From positions 13,918 through 77,917 of IMG/VR virus record IMGVR_UViG_3300017747_002922: a DNA stretch of 64,000 nucleotides; one strand, given 5' to 3'. This document shows positions 28,967 to 37,822 of the stretch, one piece after another. Positions within the stretch are counted from its first letter, which is position 1; the number at the start of each line of letters is the position of its first letter. The position numbers and the translations under genes were made by a program. The notes below the pieces were generated by a model that saw only the letters and a list, made by a program, of their open reading frames with translations, was not told the DNA's origin and ran no database searches. This DNA comes from a virus. Lineage: Duplodnaviria > Caudoviricetes.

Positions 28967-29316
28967 GGGAACTTGCAACGCTCGCAGTCCATGCCGCCCG
29001 TACACCCGCACGGGAGCGGCTTCGGGTCCTTCTTCACCGACGCGAGGATCAACCGCGCGATGGCGTAGGCGATCGGCCCGTCCAGCACCTCGGCGACCAT
29101 GCCGACGGGGCCGAAGACTCCAAGCGGCAACAGGTCGTCTACCCACACCGCGACCGTGCGCGCGATCTCGTCGTCGTCCACGCCGTCGGCGCGAAGGATT
29201 GCAACATCCTGCCGTATGGCCGTGAGGGCGTCCGGCCGCTTGTTCCGCGCGTGCTCCAGTGCCACCCGTGCGCGCTTGCGGACCTGGCGAGCGTGGCGGC
29301 GGTCGGTGGGGGTCAT
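28963..29316 (-). CDS. Hypothetical protein coupled to the endolysin
   Basis: ATGA overlap with the amidase; amphipathic central segment. Confidence 0.6.
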   Translation of the reverse strand: MTPTDRRHARQVRKRARVALEHARNKRPDALTAIRQDVAILRADGVDDDEIARTVAVWVDDLLPLGVFGPVGMVAEVLDGPIAYAIARLILASVKKDPKPLPCGCTGGMDCERCKFP

Positions 29317-29816
29317 GCGTTCACCCGGGCCATGAATGCCTCCCACGGGAACGCCGGCCCCGGATCGGTGTGCGTTGCGCCGGGGACCTCGGAGTGCCCA
29401 ACGATGTGCGTGCGGTCGACCGGGATCCCGAACTTCGCGCAGAGGATTGCCGTCACCTCGGCGCCCGCGTCAACCATCGCGGCGGGCCAGTCGTTCAGCG
29501 GGAAGTGCGTGCGGCCCTTCCACGGGTTGATCCGTACCTCGAACTCCAACCCAATCGATCGGTCGTTCCAGCCGGCTTGCGTTGGACTCCCGGCGTGGAT
29601 CGCCTTGCAGTCGTCGGGCACCATCTGGACCACGGCGCCGTCGCGACCGATCAGGTAGTGGGCGGCGGTCGGGGGCGAGCGTCCGACCTTGCGGAACCAC
29701 GACATGGTCCCGGCTTGCGTGCCGTCTTGAGCGTGGATCACGATGCGGTTGATGGGGTACCGCAGCGACCGAGCCTTGATGCAGTCGGGGGCGGCGGGGA
29801 TGTATCGGCCGTTCAT
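29313..29816 (-). CDS. N-acetylmuramoyl-L-alanine amidase (Amidase_2-type endolysin)
   Basis: IVIH, AAHYLIGRDG, AIHAG, NDRSIGLE and GHSEV..HTDPG Zn-amidase motifs. Confidence 0.9.
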   Translation of the reverse strand: MNGRYIPAAPDCIKARSLRYPINRIVIHAQDGTQAGTMSWFRKVGRSPPTAAHYLIGRDGAVVQMVPDDCKAIHAGSPTQAGWNDRSIGLEFEVRINPWKGRTHFPLNDWPAAMVDAGAEVTAILCAKFGIPVDRTHIVGHSEVPGATHTDPGPAFPWEAFMARVNA

Positions 29817-30193
29817 CGCTTCTCCATGTTCTTGAGGTTCCGCGCTTTGATGCGATCCCGCCGCGCTTCGGCCTTCGCCATGATCGCGGCCTGAATGTCG
29901 TCGGGCGGCTTCGGGGCCTTCGTCGGCACGCGGAACAGGTCGCGCTCACCGGGCATCGGGGGGACGCCGGAAGCGAGGGCGGACATCATGGCGAGGGCGG
30001 TGAAGGGGGACATGTTGCTCCGGGTGCCACGTCGGCGTGGCGGGTCGGTGGTTCCGTCGGCGTCGTCGAAGACATCGGCCGCGCCGGGGTAGTAGACCGT
30101 TCCGTCGTGTGTGGGGCAGGGCCCGATCGCGCCTACGTGCGTCGTCATGCCCATGTTGCAAGTACAGATCGGCGGGTCACCGTAGGGGCTCAC
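29813..30193 (-). CDS. Hypothetical protein
   Basis: Coupled chain; CTC...CPTH motif. Confidence 0.5.
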   Translation of the reverse strand: MSPYGDPPICTCNMGMTTHVGAIGPCPTHDGTVYYPGAADVFDDADGTTDPPRRRGTRSNMSPFTALAMMSALASGVPPMPGERDLFRVPTKAPKPPDDIQAAIMAKAEARRDRIKARNLKNMEKR

Positions 30194-30954
30194 TCGCGCA
30201 CGCGGAGGTCGCCGGCCACGGTGGCGGGGTCGAGGCGGCGCACGTCAGAGGCGGCGTCAACGAGCACGGCGTCAAGAATGGCGTCGAGGCCCATTACGCG
30301 GTGCTCCTCCCACGCCGCGAGATTCGTCGTACGCTTGACGGCGGGCCACGGGTCGAATCCGCCGTCGTTGAGGATGGCTGCGATGCTGTCCCGCATCGCC
30401 CGTGCCCCGTCGACGCGGGCGGCTTGGAGTGCAGCGCGGGCTTCGTCGCGCTCGGCCTCCGCAAACCCCAACCGCGCATCCCGATCGCGCAGGGCCTCGA
30501 TCAGCGCGTGGACGGCGCGGACGGCGGTGACCTCGCCCTGAAGCCGTCGAACCTCGGGGATGTCCAGTGACAGCACCACGGATGCGGCGGCGGACTCGCG
30601 GTTGCGGGCTTCGTCACGCTCGCGGCGCAACCTGTCCACGGCCGACACGATGGCGTGTGCGGGCGGGTCGGCCAACGACTCGCCGGGTGCGAGGGACGCG
30701 GCCACGAGGGCGGCACCGACGTTGTGCGCGAGCCTTTCGAGACCCGCCGCGTTGGCGTTCTCGTCCGCGGCGGCGCGTTCGGCCCACTCGCGCATCGTGT
30801 CGGCCTCCGTGGTCAGGCGGCGGACCTCGGCCAACAGGTCCCGAAGATACCCGATGTCGACCACCGTGATCGGGGTGCAACCCGCATCGCGAACGGAATC
30901 GGCCACGTCGATCGCACGCTGGGCGGCGTCAACCACGTTCAGAGCATCACTCAC
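30190..30954 (-). CDS. Coiled-coil hypothetical protein (Ead/Ea22-like composition)
   Basis: Repeated LLAEVRRL / RRERDEAR-type helices. Confidence 0.55.
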   Translation of the reverse strand: MSDALNVVDAAQRAIDVADSVRDAGCTPITVVDIGYLRDLLAEVRRLTTEADTMREWAERAAADENANAAGLERLAHNVGAALVAASLAPGESLADPPAHAIVSAVDRLRRERDEARNRESAAASVVLSLDIPEVRRLQGEVTAVRAVHALIEALRDRDARLGFAEAERDEARAALQAARVDGARAMRDSIAAILNDGGFDPWPAVKRTTNLAAWEEHRVMGLDAILDAVLVDAASDVRRLDPATVAGDLRVRE

Positions 30955-31360
30955 GATCCACCTCCACAACCTCAACCTCGCCACCCTCAACCATCAACGG
31001 CCCCCCATCATCGAGGATCCGCCGGCCGTCCGCATCCGTGCCCACAACCCGCGCCACGACGAGCCCCACGACACCGGCACGGCGCACCCTCACGCGGCGT
31101 TCGGCCTCGGCGACGATCGCGGGCAGGTAGCCGGCGCAGTCGCAGTCGCAGTTGACGGGCAGGCGGAAGCTCACCCGCCGCCACGGAGCGACGACGGGCA
31201 CGCGTTCGGGGTGATGGAGCGGCGTCGGCAGAAGGACTGCCGTGCGCATGAACTCGCCGACCGTCTCACCGTCCATCAGCAGGCCGCGGATCCGGGCATA
31301 CAGCGCGTCCGGGACGGCTACGGAGGTCACGCGGGATGGGGCGTCGGGGGCGGGGTTCAT
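30947..31360 (-). CDS. Hypothetical protein, possible tandem ribbon-helix-helix
   Basis: TSVAVPDALYARI and RVSFRLP segments; GGAGG RBS. Confidence 0.5.
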   Translation of the reverse strand: MNPAPDAPSRVTSVAVPDALYARIRGLLMDGETVGEFMRTAVLLPTPLHHPERVPVVAPWRRVSFRLPVNCDCDCAGYLPAIVAEAERRVRVRRAGVVGLVVARVVGTDADGRRILDDGGPLMVEGGEVEVVEVDRE

Positions 31361-31758
31361 TCGCCCTCCACGGCTTTGGCGTTCTCACGGTCAACCATGC
31401 ACGACATGTAGAAGTCCATGTACGAGTACGGGGTGCCGTCTTCGGTCGTGTAGATGCACGCGAGGGCGTCCCCCCATGCGCGATACGAGAACGTCGCGAT
31501 CGTGCCGTCGCTGAACACGGGCGCACCGTCATCGGCCTCTTGGTGCCAGTCGCCGCCCTCCCGAAGTCCGCGCGCGAGGACCGCGACCCGGAACGCTTCG
31601 GCGTACGGTGCCACCTCTGGCCCGGTCTCTGCGATGTAGTCGGCCCATGTGTTTCCGTGGGCCCACCCGCCCATTCCGCCCAGCGGCGACTCGGGAAGGG
31701 TGGCGTGTTCGCCGTAGTCACCCCATCGGGCAACGGTCAGGGGGTTTGTGGGGTTCAT
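31357..31758 (-). CDS. Hypothetical protein
   Basis: GAGGAG RBS; Trp/Tyr-rich globular protein. Confidence 0.65.
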   Translation of the reverse strand: MNPTNPLTVARWGDYGEHATLPESPLGGMGGWAHGNTWADYIAETGPEVAPYAEAFRVAVLARGLREGGDWHQEADDGAPVFSDGTIATFSYRAWGDALACIYTTEDGTPYSYMDFYMSCMVDRENAKAVEGE

Positions 31759-31991
31759 TCGCGCTCCTCGGCGATCCGTCGCCCGAGTTCTTCGTGAAGG
31801 GCCACCGCCTGCTCACGCGTCAGGAACAGGTCCACGAACACGTCGCGGCCGTCGGTGTTGTGGTAGCCCGTGATCATGACGTGCCGGTCGGTTTGGCGAC
31901 ACTCTACGCAGTTAGGGCCCATCGCGCGGGTCCACTCGACAACGTGGCCGTTCGGGTGGTTGGTCGAGGACGACGGGAGGTTCGGGTTCAT
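31755..31991 (-). CDS. Hypothetical protein
   Basis: GAGGAG RBS, ATGA overlap. Confidence 0.55.
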   Translation of the reverse strand: MNPNLPSSSTNHPNGHVVEWTRAMGPNCVECRQTDRHVMITGYHNTDGRDVFVDLFLTREQAVALHEELGRRIAEERE

Positions 31992-32347
31992 TCGGGGCGC
32001 TCCTCTGGCAATCCGCACAACTTGCGGCCCGTCGCGGAAAGGCCCATCCAGATCACGGCGTCGGCGGTCGCACCGAAGAAGATGTCGGCGGTTCCCCCGT
32101 ATGCGTCGGCGTTGAACCCGTCGCCGGTCGGGCCCCAATCGGTGTCCCACGCGACGAATCGGCCGTCGGCCAACCGCGCGACTCCGGCGGATTCGCCATC
32201 CCAGCCGAACCCGGAATGGCCTGCGTGCAGAACTTCCTCTGGTTCGGTGTCCGGGTTGAAGTCGGTCGCGTCGGTGCCGTCGACCGAGATCAGACGGCCG
32301 AACCACTGACTGCGCGAGAAGGGATGAGCGGTGGGGAGGGAGATCAT
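31988..32347 (-). CDS. Acidic hypothetical protein
   Basis: ATG 6 nt after the -10 of the 32354-32382 promoter (leaderless). Confidence 0.6.
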   Translation of the reverse strand: MISLPTAHPFSRSQWFGRLISVDGTDATDFNPDTEPEEVLHAGHSGFGWDGESAGVARLADGRFVAWDTDWGPTGDGFNADAYGGTADIFFGATADAVIWMGLSATGRKLCGLPEERPE

Positions 32348-32802
32348 ACATTACCCTTACTACACCCGTCGCCAGCCGTCAAGCCGACCGTGTACGGGTA
32401 GTCGTCCAACGCCTCGACCTCGTTGACGCCCAACCGCCGACCGTCCACGTACCACCACCCGTCCGCGCGATGTTCGACGGCAGGGCGGCCGTTCAAGTGG
32501 AGCACGGTGCCGACGGGGCAACGTCCGGTCCCGACGATCCGCCACTCGTCATCCCGCCACGGCCGATCGTCGCGGTCGAACGGTCGCGCGGCCACACGGA
32601 TCGGCCCGACCTGTTCCGCGAGCACGACGAACCGATGCGCGTCGTGGTCGTCCGGGTGTTGGCGGAACCAGAGGAACGGCCCTGTGTGTGCGTTCCCGTG
32701 GTTCATCACGATCCGGACAAGCGCCTGTTGCCGGTTGGTCCACGGCGCACCGACGGGCCGGACTTCGACCCACCAATCGCGGGCGGGAGGGGTGAAGATC
32801 AT
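32344..32802 (-). CDS. Hypothetical protein
   Basis: ATGA overlap; Trp-rich. Confidence 0.55.
   Translation of the reverse strand: MIFTPPARDWWVEVRPVGAPWTNRQQALVRIVMNHGNAHTGPFLWFRQHPDDHDAHRFVVLAEQVGPIRVAARPFDRDDRPWRDDEWRIVGTGRCPVGTVLHLNGRPAVEHRADGWWYVDGRRLGVNEVEALDDYPYTVGLTAGDGCSKGNV
32354..32382 (-). promoter_or_regulatory. Sigma70-like promoter, class A (inside the 3' end of the upstream gene)
   Basis: TTGACG-N17-TAAGGG; spacer ends in GTGTAG. Confidence 0.6.
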
Positions 32803-33476
32803 GCAACCCCCTTCGCGCGAGCGTAGGCGCGGAGGGCGGCGTCTTCGGTGGGGAACTCGGTGCCGGGGCCCCACTTGCAGGTCAGGTCGGCGTACCAACA
32901 AGATGACCCCTCCCACACCCAGAGTTGACCATCGGCCGCGCGCCACTCGGCCGTTTCGTCGTCCTCGTCGATCAACCGGACCAACCCCAACCGCTCCACC
33001 AGTTCGGCGATCGGCACCTCGGCGGGCATCTCGCGCGCCTTCCAGCCGGGGCAGCCGGTGGCGCCGGTGATGACGCTGCCGTTGCGGGTAAGGTTGTCGT
33101 TCCCCCACGCAACGACCTCCTCATGCTCCTCCGTGTCGATGAGGTTGCACCCCGGATTCCCGTCGCGCGTCCGGTAGTCGTGCGCGCACGAATCGCAGTT
33201 GGTCGGCGGCGCACCCACCCGTGTCGGCGGATCCGTCGAGGTGTCCCACACGGTCACGACGGACGCATCGGGCCCGTTCCCGTGGTCCACGCCGATCACG
33301 TAGGGGGTCGTCTCCCGCTCCCCGTTGAGCGCCGTCGTCAGCACCCGGATCGCGTTGGGCACGCCGGACAGGTGCTCGATCGCGGTGTCGGGGTCGTAGG
33401 CGTACTCGACCCGTGTGAGAAGGTCGCGGATCGCCTCAATCGCGGCGAGTCGGGCGGGGGGACAGGGCGGGGTCAT
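32799..33476 (-). CDS. Mosaic hypothetical protein
   Basis: GGAG RBS; contains YVIGVDHGNGPDASVVTVWD and a CxxC module. Confidence 0.6.
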   Translation of the reverse strand: MTPPCPPARLAAIEAIRDLLTRVEYAYDPDTAIEHLSGVPNAIRVLTTALNGERETTPYVIGVDHGNGPDASVVTVWDTSTDPPTRVGAPPTNCDSCAHDYRTRDGNPGCNLIDTEEHEEVVAWGNDNLTRNGSVITGATGCPGWKAREMPAEVPIAELVERLGLVRLIDEDDETAEWRAADGQLWVWEGSSCWYADLTCKWGPGTEFPTEDAALRAYARAKGVA

Positions 33477-33775
33477 GCGGGCTCCTTCAATGTGCTGTAG
33501 TCGGCCGGATTCGCGGGCGTCCACTCGCCGTACCATGCGAGGATGTCGGCCAATGTCTGCGGGGCACCGCCGTTGTTGGCGTAAATCCACGGCCCCACGA
33601 GTCGGTACGTTGACCCGCTCACCGTCGTGACGATGCCGGCGTTCGCGTCAACCGAGACGAGGGCCGACGTCACCTTGCGGTCGCCGTCGGGGGTGTCGCC
33701 CCGAACGGTCATGCGGTACTTGCCCGAACGCTCGGACCTGAACCGGTTGAACACCCAATGCGTGAGGTCGGTCAT
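33473..33775 (-). CDS. Hypothetical protein
   Basis: GGAGG RBS, coupled chain. Confidence 0.6.
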   Translation of the reverse strand: MTDLTHWVFNRFRSERSGKYRMTVRGDTPDGDRKVTSALVSVDANAGIVTTVSGSTYRLVGPWIYANNGGAPQTLADILAWYGEWTPANPADYSTLKEPA

Positions 33776-34215
33776 GTCGCCTCCGTGGTAGGCGCGTCCC
33801 AACGCTTGACGACGCGGCAGTAGTGGCGGATGTCGCCGACGGTGCCGTCAACGAGCACTTGCCCGTTGCGAAACTCGACGGTGTAGATGTGGTCGGGCGC
33901 GTCGCAGGTGCGCGTCCACTCCCGCCCATCGAACGCGAGCGTGTCGCCGACGTGGACTGGGTTTCCGTTGCGGTCGTTGACGCCGAGGGGGAGCCCGATG
34001 CCGGTGACGAGTCGGGCGCGGAGGTTGGCGATCGTGGTGAGGGCGACGCGTAGATGCGCCTCGGCGCCGGGCATGTGGCGGTTCATTGGCGCGGACGTGC
34101 GTTCACCCGTCAACCGGCGCGCCACGATGTCGCGTCCGGTTGCGTCGAATGCGGCCAACGACTCCCACGCCCTTCGCTCCTCCGGCGTCAGGATGGCGAT
34201 CTGTTCGGGGGTCAC
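33772..34215 (-). CDS. YopX-like domain protein
   Basis: GLPLGVNDRNGNPVHVGDTL resembles the YopX G.KDKNGKEIYEGDI motif. Confidence 0.55.
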   Translation of the reverse strand: MTPEQIAILTPEERRAWESLAAFDATGRDIVARRLTGERTSAPMNRHMPGAEAHLRVALTTIANLRARLVTGIGLPLGVNDRNGNPVHVGDTLAFDGREWTRTCDAPDHIYTVEFRNGQVLVDGTVGDIRHYCRVVKRWDAPTTEAT

Positions 34216-34448
34216 GAGATCACCTCGATGTGCGCGGAACCCACCCACTCGGACGCGGTGTGGCCGTTCGTGCGAAGGTCGGCGTTGTCGTGGGTGCCGT
34301 CGTCGCAGCGGGCCATGAAGTCGCCGCGGATGCACTTGCGCATGATGGCGTTCGTCTTCTTGACCGTGCGCACGGTGCCGACGGTGCGATCGTCGCCGAA
34401 CACGCAGCGGGCGCCGACGGTGACGGTGTTGCCCTTGGCGTCTTTCAC
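34212..34448 (-). CDS. Small beta-barrel (SH3/KOW-like) hypothetical protein
   Basis: KDAKGNTVTVGARCVF; GTGA-coupled. Confidence 0.5.
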   Translation of the reverse strand: MKDAKGNTVTVGARCVFGDDRTVGTVRTVKKTNAIMRKCIRGDFMARCDDGTHDNADLRTNGHTASEWVGSAHIEVIS

Positions 34449-35113
34449 GACGCACCCCCGAACGGCGAGGAGCGGAACGCCGACATCCCCGCCGGACTCT
34501 CGATCTTGCCGTACGCCGTCGCCATCACGTCGCGGCTGGTCGCGGTGCGGAGGTTGATCGCGTAGGTAGCCTCGTACCAGTCTGCTACTGCCTCGGGGTC
34601 CACGTTGAGGTACTTGCGCACGTCGACCGCCCAGCCAGTGAAGAGGGACGCGGGGGCGTCGTTGGGCGGTCGCTGGTTGCCCGTCGGTGCGGTCGTCGGC
34701 CCCGGCGTCGCGAGCGGCCGGATCGTGTACGTCGTGTACTCGTTGCGCCGCGTCGGCAGCGTCACGTCGAACGGTTCGGACAGGTTGCTCATGTGCGAGA
34801 CACGCACACCGCCCGTCTTGTTCTTCCCGTACGTCACGGCGGGGTCGTTGTAGATCGTGACCGACCGACCGACCCACTTGGCGGGGTTCCCCCACTTGCC
34901 GATCATCATGTGGCGCATCGTCAGGCACGGGAACCACGGCTTGAACCCGCCGTCGATCAGTACCTTGATCGGCTGCTTCCCGTCGGCGCTGTTGTTGTTC
35001 TTCACGCCGAGGATGCGAACCGTTGCGGGTCCACCTACGAGGTCCACGGCATTCAACTGCGCGGAGTTCGCCTTGGTCAACTCAACCACATCGAACGTCT
35101 CTTCGTCACTCAT
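34445..35113 (-). CDS. Putative single-strand annealing / ssDNA-binding recombination protein
   Basis: SAQLNAVDL..GP.TVRI..KPWFPCLTMR..WVGRSVTIY.DP motif; directly coupled to the exonuclease. Confidence 0.6.
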   Translation of the reverse strand: MSDEETFDVVELTKANSAQLNAVDLVGGPATVRILGVKNNNSADGKQPIKVLIDGGFKPWFPCLTMRHMMIGKWGNPAKWVGRSVTIYNDPAVTYGKNKTGGVRVSHMSNLSEPFDVTLPTRRNEYTTYTIRPLATPGPTTAPTGNQRPPNDAPASLFTGWAVDVRKYLNVDPEAVADWYEATYAINLRTATSRDVMATAYGKIESPAGMSAFRSSPFGGAS

Positions 35114-36011
35114 CTTCGATCTCCGTGTCTTCAAAGGGTTCGTCGAGGTCGCCGAGGGCCCACGTCGGGACCTCGATGACGCGCAGGTCGGGTGCCACGC
35201 CCGGCCACTTGCCGCTCTCCGTGTGCATCTTGATCTTGCCGAGAAGTTCGGCCATCTTCGCCTTCCCGGCGTCCATGCTCTGCGTTCCGAGTTCGTACAC
35301 CGCCACATCGAACGGCGGCTTGCTCTCGACGGCGATGATGATGAACTTCGGTTCGACTGCGAACAAGCCGGCCGCCATCGCGCCGTTGACGTAATGGGCC
35401 GCCTGAACGTAGTAGCCGCGCGTTGCGACTTCCCGCGCGAACCGGTCGGGCACGATCGACCGCGCCGTCTTCAGGTCCACGATCGCGCCGCGCCGGGTGA
35501 CCGCGTCGATCCTCGCCTTGCAGGGGAGGTTTGTGGCCGCGTCCGTCCACGTCACGTTGCGCTCGTTCTCGGACCCATCGAGGTACCACGCGGCGACAGG
35601 ATGCGCGAATACCGCGCGCGCCATCGCTTCGACGTTGCTCCATGCTTCCTCGGTCAGCGTTGTACAGTCGTGCCACGTCTCCTTGTGCGACTCCCACGCC
35701 TTGCCCGAACGCCGGCCTTGGTAGAACGTGAACCGCTCGCCGCTCCACACGCCGCCGGGATGCGCGCCCCACTTCGAGGGCTCCAGCACACGCGTGTGGA
35801 CGGCCCGCCCAACGCGCATGGGGTCGGTGTCATCGCGGCCCTTGTCGGTCGTGACCAGGTGCCAGTACGCGAGCGGGGACACGTCGATCGCCTTCGCGCG
35901 GGACACGTTGACGGCGTCCCAGCGGCAGTACGCATCGAACCCGGCGTCCGGCGACAGCCGCGGCCCCGTCTCCTGTTCGGCCCAAAGGCGCTCGATCTCG
36001 GGGTCAATCAC
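35106..36011 (-). CDS. PD-(D/E)XK exonuclease (RecE/DUF3799-like)
   Basis: GRAVHTRVLEP, CKARIDAV, IVDLKT and YYVQAAHY motifs. Confidence 0.85.
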   Translation of the reverse strand: MIDPEIERLWAEQETGPRLSPDAGFDAYCRWDAVNVSRAKAIDVSPLAYWHLVTTDKGRDDTDPMRVGRAVHTRVLEPSKWGAHPGGVWSGERFTFYQGRRSGKAWESHKETWHDCTTLTEEAWSNVEAMARAVFAHPVAAWYLDGSENERNVTWTDAATNLPCKARIDAVTRRGAIVDLKTARSIVPDRFAREVATRGYYVQAAHYVNGAMAAGLFAVEPKFIIIAVESKPPFDVAVYELGTQSMDAGKAKMAELLGKIKMHTESGKWPGVAPDLRVIEVPTWALGDLDEPFEDTEIEDE

Positions 36012-36276
36012 GGGTCACCATCCACGCGGCGCCTTTGTTGGTGCCTTTGTCGCGCTTCCACCATTCGGCGGCGTTGACTACGAACAACTTGCGCAGGACT
36101 CGATACGCCACCGGAACCGGCACGCCCGCCGCTTTGGCGATCTCGCTTGTCGTCTGGAGATTCTCCGTCAACGCCTCGGAGACGAGCAGGAACGGCCGCA
36201 CGCGTCGCCCCTCGATCCGTCCCAACGCATCGGCGGCGATGGTGTTGCGCACGTAGTCGAACTCGTTGGGTTTCAT
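36004..36276 (-). CDS. Winged-HTH protein
   Basis: TTSEIAKAAGVPVPVAYRVLRKL. Confidence 0.65.
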   Translation of the reverse strand: MKPNEFDYVRNTIAADALGRIEGRRVRPFLLVSEALTENLQTTSEIAKAAGVPVPVAYRVLRKLFVVNAAEWWKRDKGTNKGAAWMVTRD

Positions 36277-36686
36277 CGCCCACCCCGCCGCGCAACCTGC
36301 GCCCGACGCTTGCACAACGCCTTGCGCGACCGATCCGTGGGCATCTCGTTGTGGACGCGCTCGATCTCGGCCAACGTCATGTCCACCCACGCGATCCGCT
36401 TCGGGGCGGCGGCCTTGGTGGCGGTATCGATCTCGTTGAAGCTGAAGTCCAACGCGTCGGCGAAGTCATCGACCGTGACCGACACCGACGGGCGGATCGG
36501 CGTGGTCAGGCGCCGTTCCTCGCGCGCGTTGTGGATGTGGACCGCGACGGGAGCGGGGGTGCGGGAAAGGTCGCCGTGCATGGCGGACTCCTTGGGGACG
36601 ACCGACTTCGCCGCGAACCGCACGACACCCGCGAGGATGAAGACGAACGCTGCGAAGGCGGCGAGGTTGAGGGGGTCGGTGGTCAT
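36273..36686 (-). CDS. Hypothetical protein with N-terminal TM segment
   Basis: LAAFAAFVFILAGVV; leaderless start after the 36693-36722 promoter. Confidence 0.55.
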   Translation of the reverse strand: MTTDPLNLAAFAAFVFILAGVVRFAAKSVVPKESAMHGDLSRTPAPVAVHIHNAREERRLTTPIRPSVSVTVDDFADALDFSFNEIDTATKAAAPKRIAWVDMTLAEIERVHNEMPTDRSRKALCKRRAQVARRGGR

Positions 36687-36692
36687 ATGAAC

Positions 36693-36722
36693 GTCTTACT
36701 ACACCCCGTGGTGCGGCGTCAA
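36693..36722 (-). promoter_or_regulatory. Leftward promoter of the divergent switch (class A)
   Basis: TTGACG-N18-TAAGAC, then 6 nt to ATG 36686. Confidence 0.6.
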
Positions 36723-36745
36723 GGTCATTCTGCAATCATTTCTTC

Positions 36746-36774
36746 TTGCACCGTGGGCCGCGGTCGGGTAGACG
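36746..36774 (+). promoter_or_regulatory. Rightward promoter of the divergent switch
   Basis: TTGCAC-N17-TAGACG, then 6 nt to ATG 36781. Confidence 0.55.
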
Positions 36775-36780
36775 TTCCCC

Positions 36781-37197
36781 ATGTTCGACGAACTCGCCCT
36801 ATCCCGCCTGCTGCGCTCGACCGGCAAGACCGCCGTGCAGATCGCCGCCGCCATGAACGAGACGAAGCCGGAGCACGCCCGCTCGATCTCCTCGCAGAAG
36901 GTAGACGCGTGGGTCCGCGCCAAGAGTCGGCCGCGGGACGACGTGCGGGTCTGGCTGGCGTCCGCGCTCGGGCTCGACCTCAACACGTTGCTGCGGGCGT
37001 GCGCCGGCACAACCCCCGACCCGTCCCCGCTCCACGCCGTCACCGGCAGCGGGCTCCCGGTCGAACTCTGCTACCACCCCGACGCCGACCCCGGCAACGG
37101 GCGCGGGTGGTCGGTCCTGATCGGCGACCGCACCACGTACGGCGACCTCGACACGATGCTGGCGCGGGTGGCGGTTGAGGTGCCCCGTGCCTCGTGA
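36781..37197 (+). CDS. XRE/Cro-like HTH regulator with C-terminal extension
   Basis: ISSQKVDAWVRAKSRPR..LASALGLDLNTL; first gene of the divergent operon. Confidence 0.65.
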   Translation: MFDELALSRLLRSTGKTAVQIAAAMNETKPEHARSISSQKVDAWVRAKSRPRDDVRVWLASALGLDLNTLLRACAGTTPDPSPLHAVTGSGLPVELCYHPDADPGNGRGWSVLIGDRTTYGDLDTMLARVAVEVPRAS

Positions 37198-37408
37198 CCC
37201 CCGCACGAACCCCCAACGCGGCGACCGGCTGTACATCCACGCCGGAAACGCCGTCCGCTACGTCGTCGCGAATGACGGCGTGACCGTGCGCTACACCGTC
37301 GGCGTCCACGCGTACGAGATGACGCTCCCTGACTGGCGCGTGCGGATGGTCGGCGCCGTCGTTGTCCCGCCCGCGCGGATCGAGATGCCGGCGGGGGTGA
37401 CCTCGTGA
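37187..37408 (+). CDS. Hypothetical protein
   Basis: RDPRTNPQRGDRL start; GAGG RBS. Confidence 0.55.
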   Translation: MPRDPRTNPQRGDRLYIHAGNAVRYVVANDGVTVRYTVGVHAYEMTLPDWRVRMVGAVVVPPARIEMPAGVTS

Positions 37409-37587
37409 TCGCCCTCCCCGTCCGCACCCCGTTCGACTTCCTGCGCTACCTGCTCGCGCAACAGGTGGCCGCAACCGCCGACCGTGACCGCGCGCTACGG
37501 CGTGGGGATGCGGCGACGGCGGCGGATTCGATCGTGCGGGCGAACGACACGGCGGATCTGTTGCGGTTGTTCGGGGTGCCGTCCTAA
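37405..37587 (+). CDS. Hypothetical protein
   Basis: GTGA-coupled, helical. Confidence 0.5.
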   Translation: MIALPVRTPFDFLRYLLAQQVAATADRDRALRRGDAATAADSIVRANDTADLLRLFGVPS

Positions 37588-37822
37588 TGGCCTCACACGC
37601 CTACTTCGCGGACCCCGACGCTACGGGCGTTCCGTGTTCAACCTTTCGGCCAGGGCAACATGCACTCCATGCAGAAGAAAGCCCCGCCGCGAACGCGCAT
37701 GTTGCCTTGGATCGGGGTCCGATCGTGGCGCGCGCCGCGGGCTTGCCGCCTGACCCGTCGGTAGACCGCACCTGCCAGAAGGTGCGGAACGGGTCCCTTT
37801 CAACGTCAGGAGTCAAGTAGCC

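Noticed and set aside
37587-37820. 77-aa ORF upstream of ssb
   Set aside because: Low GC3 and several hairpins suggest a regulatory leader rather than a gene.
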